Assembly: GCF_020745735.1 (NCBI RefSeq)
Contig: NC_083445.1
Coordinates: 1,984,001-2,048,000, forward strand
DNA from: Hemiscyllium ocellatum
Taxonomy: Eukaryota
Length of the DNA stretch: 64,000 nucleotides
Direction: 5' to 3'
Within the stretch, counting starts at the first letter, position 1. Each line of letters begins with the position of its first letter. A program made the translations under genes and the position numbers. Of this stretch, positions 58,270 through 64,000 are shown in pieces. Below the pieces are notes generated by a model. That model was not told where the DNA came from, did not search any database, and was given only the letters and a program-made list of their open reading frames with translations.

Positions 58270-61200
58270 AATAGAACATAGAACGGTATAGCACAGAACA
58301 GACCCTTTGACCCTTGATGTTGTGCTGACCTTTTATCCTACTCTAAGATCAAACTAACCCACATAACCCTTCATTTTACAATCATCCATGGGCCTATCCA
58401 ATGTCCCTAATGTATCTGACTCTACTATCACTGCCGGCAGTGCATTCCATGCACCCACCACTCTCTGTTTAAAGAACCAACTTCTGACATTTCCCATAAA
58501 TCTTTCTCCAATCACCTTAAAATAATGCCTCCAAAATAATGGCTCCACATGAAAGCCATTTCCACCCTGGGAATAAGTCTTTGGCTATCCACTCTATTGA
58601 TGCCTCTCATCATCTTGTACACCTCTATCAAGTCACCTCTCATATTTCATCGCTCAAATGAGAAAAGTCTGAGATCCCTCAGCCTTTCTTCATCAGACCT
58701 GCTCTCCAGTCCAGGCAACATCCTGGTAAATCTCCTCTGCTCACTCTATAAAACTTCCACATCCTTCCTATAATGAGCTGACCAAAACTGTGCACAATAT
58801 TCCAAGTGTGGTCTAATCAGGGCTCTACAGTGCTGCAGCACAATTTTACAGCTCTTAAACTCAATGCCCCTGCTAATGAAAGCCAACACACCACACGCTT
58901 ACTTAACAACCCTATCAACTTGGTGGAAATCTGTGGACATGGACCCCAAGATCCCTCTGTTCCTTCTCACCACCAAGAATCCTGCCTTCAGCCCTGTCTG
59001 CTGCTTTCAAATGCAACCTTCTGAAATGAATCACTTCACAGTTTTCTAAGTTGAACTCCATCTGCTTCTTCTCAGTCCAGCTCTGCATCCTGTCAATGTC
59101 CTATGGCAACCTACAACAGCCCTCCACACTATCCACACCTCCACCAATGGTGGGTGTCATCGGCAAACGTACTAATCCACCCTTCCACTTCTTCATCCAA
59201 GTTATTTTAAAAAATAACAAACAGCATAGGTCCCACCACCAATCCCAGCAGAGCACCACTGGTCACCGAGCTCCAGGGTGAATATGTTCCATCAGCTACC
59301 ACCCTCTGTCTTTTATGGGCCAGCCAATTCTGTATCCAGACAGACAGGTTTCCCTATGTTCATCTTTCCTTCCTTCCTTCCTTTCTGAATGAGCCTATCA
59401 TGGGGAAACCTTATCAAATGCTCTGTTAAAATCCATATACACCACATCCACTGCTCTACATTCATCAATGTGTTTTGTCACATCCTCAAGGAATTCAGTA
59501 AGGCTGCCCTTCACAAAACCATGCTGATATCTCTCATCAAAATATGCTTTTCAAAATAATCATAAATCCTCTCAGACACCTCTCCAATAATTTTCCCACA
59601 ACGGACATTAGACTGACTGGTCTGTAATTCCCAGAATTATCCCTATTCCCTTTCTTGAACGAGGGAATAACAATTACCACGCTCCAATCATCTAGTACTG
59701 CTCCTATGGACAGTGAGGACGCAAAGATGATCACCAAAGGAGCAGCAATCTCTTCCCTCGCTTCCTGTAGTAACCTAAGGGAGATCCTGTCTGGCCCAGA
59801 GAATCTATCTATCCTTGTTATTCTAAATCTTCAGCACACCCTCCTTAACAGTGACCTGATTTAACATATCAGCCTGTTTCACGTTGACCTCACAAACAAC
59901 AGGGTCTCTCTCAGTAGTGAATACTGAGGAAATGTATTCATTAAAGACCTCCCCTACCCCCTCTGACTCCACACACAAGTTCCCTCCACTATCCCTGATC
60001 GGCCCCACCCTCACCCTGGCCATCCCCTTATTCCTCACAGAAGTGTGGGATGCCTTGGTGTTATCCTTAATCCTACCCACTGAAGCATTAGAACATAGAA
60101 CATAGAAAAATACAGCGCTGTACAGGCCCTTCGGCACTCGATGTTGCGCCGACCGAAGCCTACCTAATCTACACTAGCCCAATAACCTCCATATGCTTAT
60201 CCAATGCCCGCTTGAATGACCTTAAAGAGGGAGAGTCCACCACTGCTACTGGCAGGGCATTCCATGAACTCACAACCTACTGAGTAAAGAATCTACCCCT
60301 AACATCTGTCCTATACCAACCTCCCCTTAATTTAAAGCTGTGTCCCCTAGTAACAGCTGACTCCATACGCGGAAAAAGGTTCTCACTGTCAACCCTATCT
60401 AAACCCCTAATCATCTTGTACACCTCTATCAAATCTCCCCTAAACCTTCTTTTCTTCAATGAGAACAGCCCCAAGTGCCTCAGCCTTTCCTCATATGATC
60501 TTCCTACTATGCCAGGCAACATCCTGGTAAACCTCCTCTGCACCCGTTCCAGAGCCTCCACATCCTTCCTATAGTAAGGCAACCAAAACTGCACACAATA
60601 CTCCAGATAAGGCCGCACCAGAGTCTTATACAACTGCAACATGACCTCAGGACTCCGGAACTCAATTCCTCTACCAATAAAGCCCAGTACACCATATGCC
60701 TTCTTCACAGCACTATTTACCTGGGTGGCAACTTTCAGAGATCTGTGTACATGGACACCAAGATCCCTCTGCTCTTCCACACTACCAAGTAGCCTACCAT
60801 TAGCCCAGTAATCCATCTTCTTGTTACTCCTACCAAAGTGAAGGACTTCACACTTAGCTACATTGAACTCCATTTGCCACCTTTCTGCCCAGCTCTGCAA
60901 CTTATCTATATCCAGCTGTAACCTGCCATATCCTTCTTCGCTGTCCACCACTCCACCGACTTTTGTATCATCCGCAAACTTGCTCACCCAGGCTTCAAGC
61001 CCCTCCTCCAGGTCATTTATAAAAATGACAAACAGCAATGGTCCTAAAACAGATCCTTGTGGAACACCGCTAGTAACTGCGCTCCAAGATGAACCTTTAC
61101 CATCAATTACTACCCCCTGTCTCCTTCCAGCCAGCCAATTCCTAATCCAAACCTCTAATGCACCCTCAATGCCATACCTCCGTAATTTTTGCAGTAGCCT

Positions 61201-64000
61201 ACCATGGGGTACCTTATCAAACCCCTTGCTAAAATCCATATACACCACATGTACTGCTTTACCCTCGTCCACTTCCTTGGTCACCTTCTCAAAGAATTCA
61301 ATAAGGTTTGTGAGGCACGACCTGCCCTTTACAAAACCATGCTGACTATCCTTGATCACATTATTCCTATCCAGATGTTCATAAATCCTATCCCTTACAA
61401 TTCTCTCTAAGACTTTGCCCACAACAGAAGTGAGACTCACCGGCCTATAGTTACTAGGGCTGTCCTACTCCCCTTCTTGAACAAGGGAACCACATTCGCT
61501 ATCCTCCAGTCTTCTGGCACTATTCCTGTAGACAACGACGACATAAAAATCAAGGCCAATGGTTCCGCTATCTCCTCCCTAGCTTCCCAGAGGATCCTCG
61601 GATAAATGCCATCAGGCCCAGGGGACTTATCTATTTTCACCCTTTCCAGTATTCCCCGGACCTCTTCCCTACATACCTCAAAGCCATCCACTCTAATCAC
61701 TTGCGACTCAATATTCACAACAGCAACAATTTTCTGTTCCTGAGTGAATACTGACGAAAAGTATTGATTTAGTGTCTCTCCAATCTCCTCCGCCTCCACG
61801 CACAACTTCCCACTACTATCCTTGACTGGACCGATACCTACACTAGTCATCCTTTTATTCCTGATATACCTATAGAAAGCCTTAGGGTTTTCCCTAATCC
61901 TACCAACCAAGGACTTTTCATGTCCCCTCCTTGCTGCTCTTAGCTCTCTCTTTAGATCCTTCCTGGCTACCTTATAACTCTCAATTGCCCCAACTGAACC
62001 TTCAAGCCTCATCTTTACATAGGCCACCCTCTTCCCTTGTACAAGGGATTCCAATTCCCTATTAAACCACGGCTCCCTCACAAGGCCCTTTCCTCCCTGC
62101 CTGACTGGTACATACTTATCAAGGACACCCAATAGCTGCTCCTTGAACAAGCTCCACATATCATTTGTGTCCTTCCCTTGAAGCCTATTTTTCCAATCCA
62201 CACATCCTAAGTCATGCCTCACCGCATCATAATTTCCCTGCCCCCAGCTATAACTCTTGCCCTGCAGTGCACACTTATCCCTCTCCATCACTAGAGTAAA
62301 AGTCACCGAGTTGTGGTCACTGTCCCCGAAGTGCTCACCTACCTCCAAGTCTAACACCTGGCCTGGTTCATTACCTAAAACCAAATCCAGTATAGCCTCA
62401 CCTCTTGTTGGCCTGTCTACATATTGTGTCAGGAAACCCTCCTGCACACATTGGACAAACACCGACTCATCTAACGAACTCGAGCTATAGCTTTCCCAGT
62501 CAATATCTGGAAAGTTAAAGTCCCCCATAACAACCACCCTATTACTTTCACTCTTCTCCTGAATCATCCTCGCAATACTTTCCTCTACTTCTCTCAGACT
62601 ATTAGGAGGCCTGTAGAAAACTCCTAACAGGGTGACCTCACTTTTCCTATTTCTAACATCAGCCCAAACTACCTCAGATGGCAAGTCTTCCTCCATCGTC
62701 CTTTCCACCGCTGTAATACTATCCTTGACAAGCAATGCCACACCTCCCCCTCTTTTTACCCCCACCTCTGACCCTACTAAAACATTTAAACCCTGGAACC
62801 TGCAATAGCCATTCCTGTCCCTGTTCTACCTACGTCTCTGTAATGGCCACAACATCGAAGTCCCAGGTACCAACCCACGCTGCAAGTTCACCTACCTTAT
62901 TTCTTATACTTCTGGCATTGAAGTATACACACTTCAAGCCACCTTTCTGTTTACTGGCACCCTCCTTCGAGATCGATGCCTTGTTCCTAACCTCCCTACA
63001 CTCAAGGTCCTGTACCATAAAGCTACAGTCCAGGTTCCCATGCCCCTGCAGAGTCATGCCCCCTTTTAGATCTCCCAAGTTCATTCTCCAGTTCTTTCCT
63101 GGCTACCTTGTAAACCTCTAAAGCCCTGTCTGATCCTTGCTCCTTCAACCTTAAGTAAGCTTCCTTCTTCCTCTTGACTAGGTGCTCCAAATCCCATGTC
63201 ATCCAAGGTTCTTTCACCCTACCATCCCTTCCTTGCCTTATTAGAACAAACTAATCCAGCACTGTTTGCAAGTGCTCCCTAAATAACCTCCACATTTTTG
63301 TCATGTACTTCCCTGAGAATATCTGTTCCCTATTTAGTGACGCAAGTTCCCACCAGTAGCATTGTAATTCCCCCTCCCCAATTAAATACATTCCCAACCG
63401 CCTGCTCCTACTCCTCTCCGTGAGTACAGTAAAGGTCAGGGAGTTTGATGACTGTCACCGAAATACTCTCCCACTCAGTGATCTGACACCTGACCTGCTT
63501 TATTGCCAAGCACCAAATCCAATGTGGCATCTCCTCTAATCAGCCTATCTACATATTGAGTCAGGAATCCTTCCTGGAATACCTGACAAAGTCTGCTCCA
63601 TCTAGATATTTGAACCAAGGAATATTCCCCAATCAATATTAGGGAAGTTGAAGTCACCCATGACAACAACTTTGTTATTTCTGCACCTTTCTAAATTCTG
63701 CCTCCCAATCTGCTCCTCTGTGTTTTGGTTGATGTTGGGGGGTCTCTAGACACCTCCCAATAAAGTGATTGGTCCTTTCCTGTTTCTGACATCTACTCAT
63801 ACTGACTCTGTAGACAAACCCTCCTCGACGCCCTCCCTTTCTGCAGCTGTGATATTATCCCTGCTGAGCTATCCCACTATTCCTTTTGAAACATCTAAAC
63901 CCTGGAACATCCAACAACCATTCCTGCCCCTGTGATATCCAAGTCTCCATAATGGCCACAACATTGAAGCTCCAAGTACAAATCCATTATCCTTAACCCT
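58270..64000 (-). mobile_element. Old degenerate CR1 LINE in gene B intron, interrupted by 60089-63054
   Basis: Colinear with 8770-15200; broken ORFs 59537-59737, 59823-60137, 63023-63217, 63475-63669. Confidence 0.85.
60089..63054 (-). mobile_element. Young CR1 LINE, ORF2 only, one frameshift
   Basis: ORFs 61437-62765 and 60277-61440 join if one G is restored near 61474 (KKGSRD reads KKGSRT); tagaaca tail at 60089. Confidence 0.93.

Larger units (their letters stand above)
54105..58478 (+). repeat. About 4.37 kb near-identical paralogous tract, copy 2
   Basis: Same sequence as 4601-8973; offset about 49.5 kb. Confidence 0.92.

Noticed and set aside
183-64000. Palindromes read as DNA-transposon MITEs, terminators or a CRISPR-like array
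   Set aside because: The arms match Penelope pLTRs with hammerhead cores. There is no repeat-spacer periodicity, no transposase, and the DNA is eukaryotic.

Overview
Vertebrate genomic DNA, almost certainly a shark: it carries an HE1 V-SINE, Deu-domain SINEs and HER1/CR1 LINEs. Placement in the carpet/bamboo-shark group is only a guess. The host content is a + strand tandem cluster of ICAM/VCAM-like Ig-superfamily adhesion genes. Gene A has six intact phase-1 exons in the window (Ig D2-D6 plus TM/cytoplasmic, 6725-27707); its leader and D1 lie upstream. A dead duplicate of A's 3' module (D5', D6', TM') occupies 29453-41232. Gene B begins near 47 kb (candidate leader, an ICAM-type four-cysteine D1, a dead D1 copy, D2) and runs off the end. 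Most of the rest is nested mobile DNA: two CR1 LINEs with intact ORF2, a third with one frameshift, older CR1, RTE, Rex1/Babar and L2 fragments, a decayed Gypsy provirus, SINEs, and many Penelope-like pieces. Three things stand out. First, several Penelope-derived families carry hammerhead-ribozyme cores, often as short fold-back palindromes with 9-14 bp target-site duplications. Second, there are sharply bounded near-identical tracts between otherwise diverged paralogs. Third, canonical NF-kB and STAT (GAS) motifs sit in gene B. All alignments, counts and splice models were done by eye; no database searches were run.
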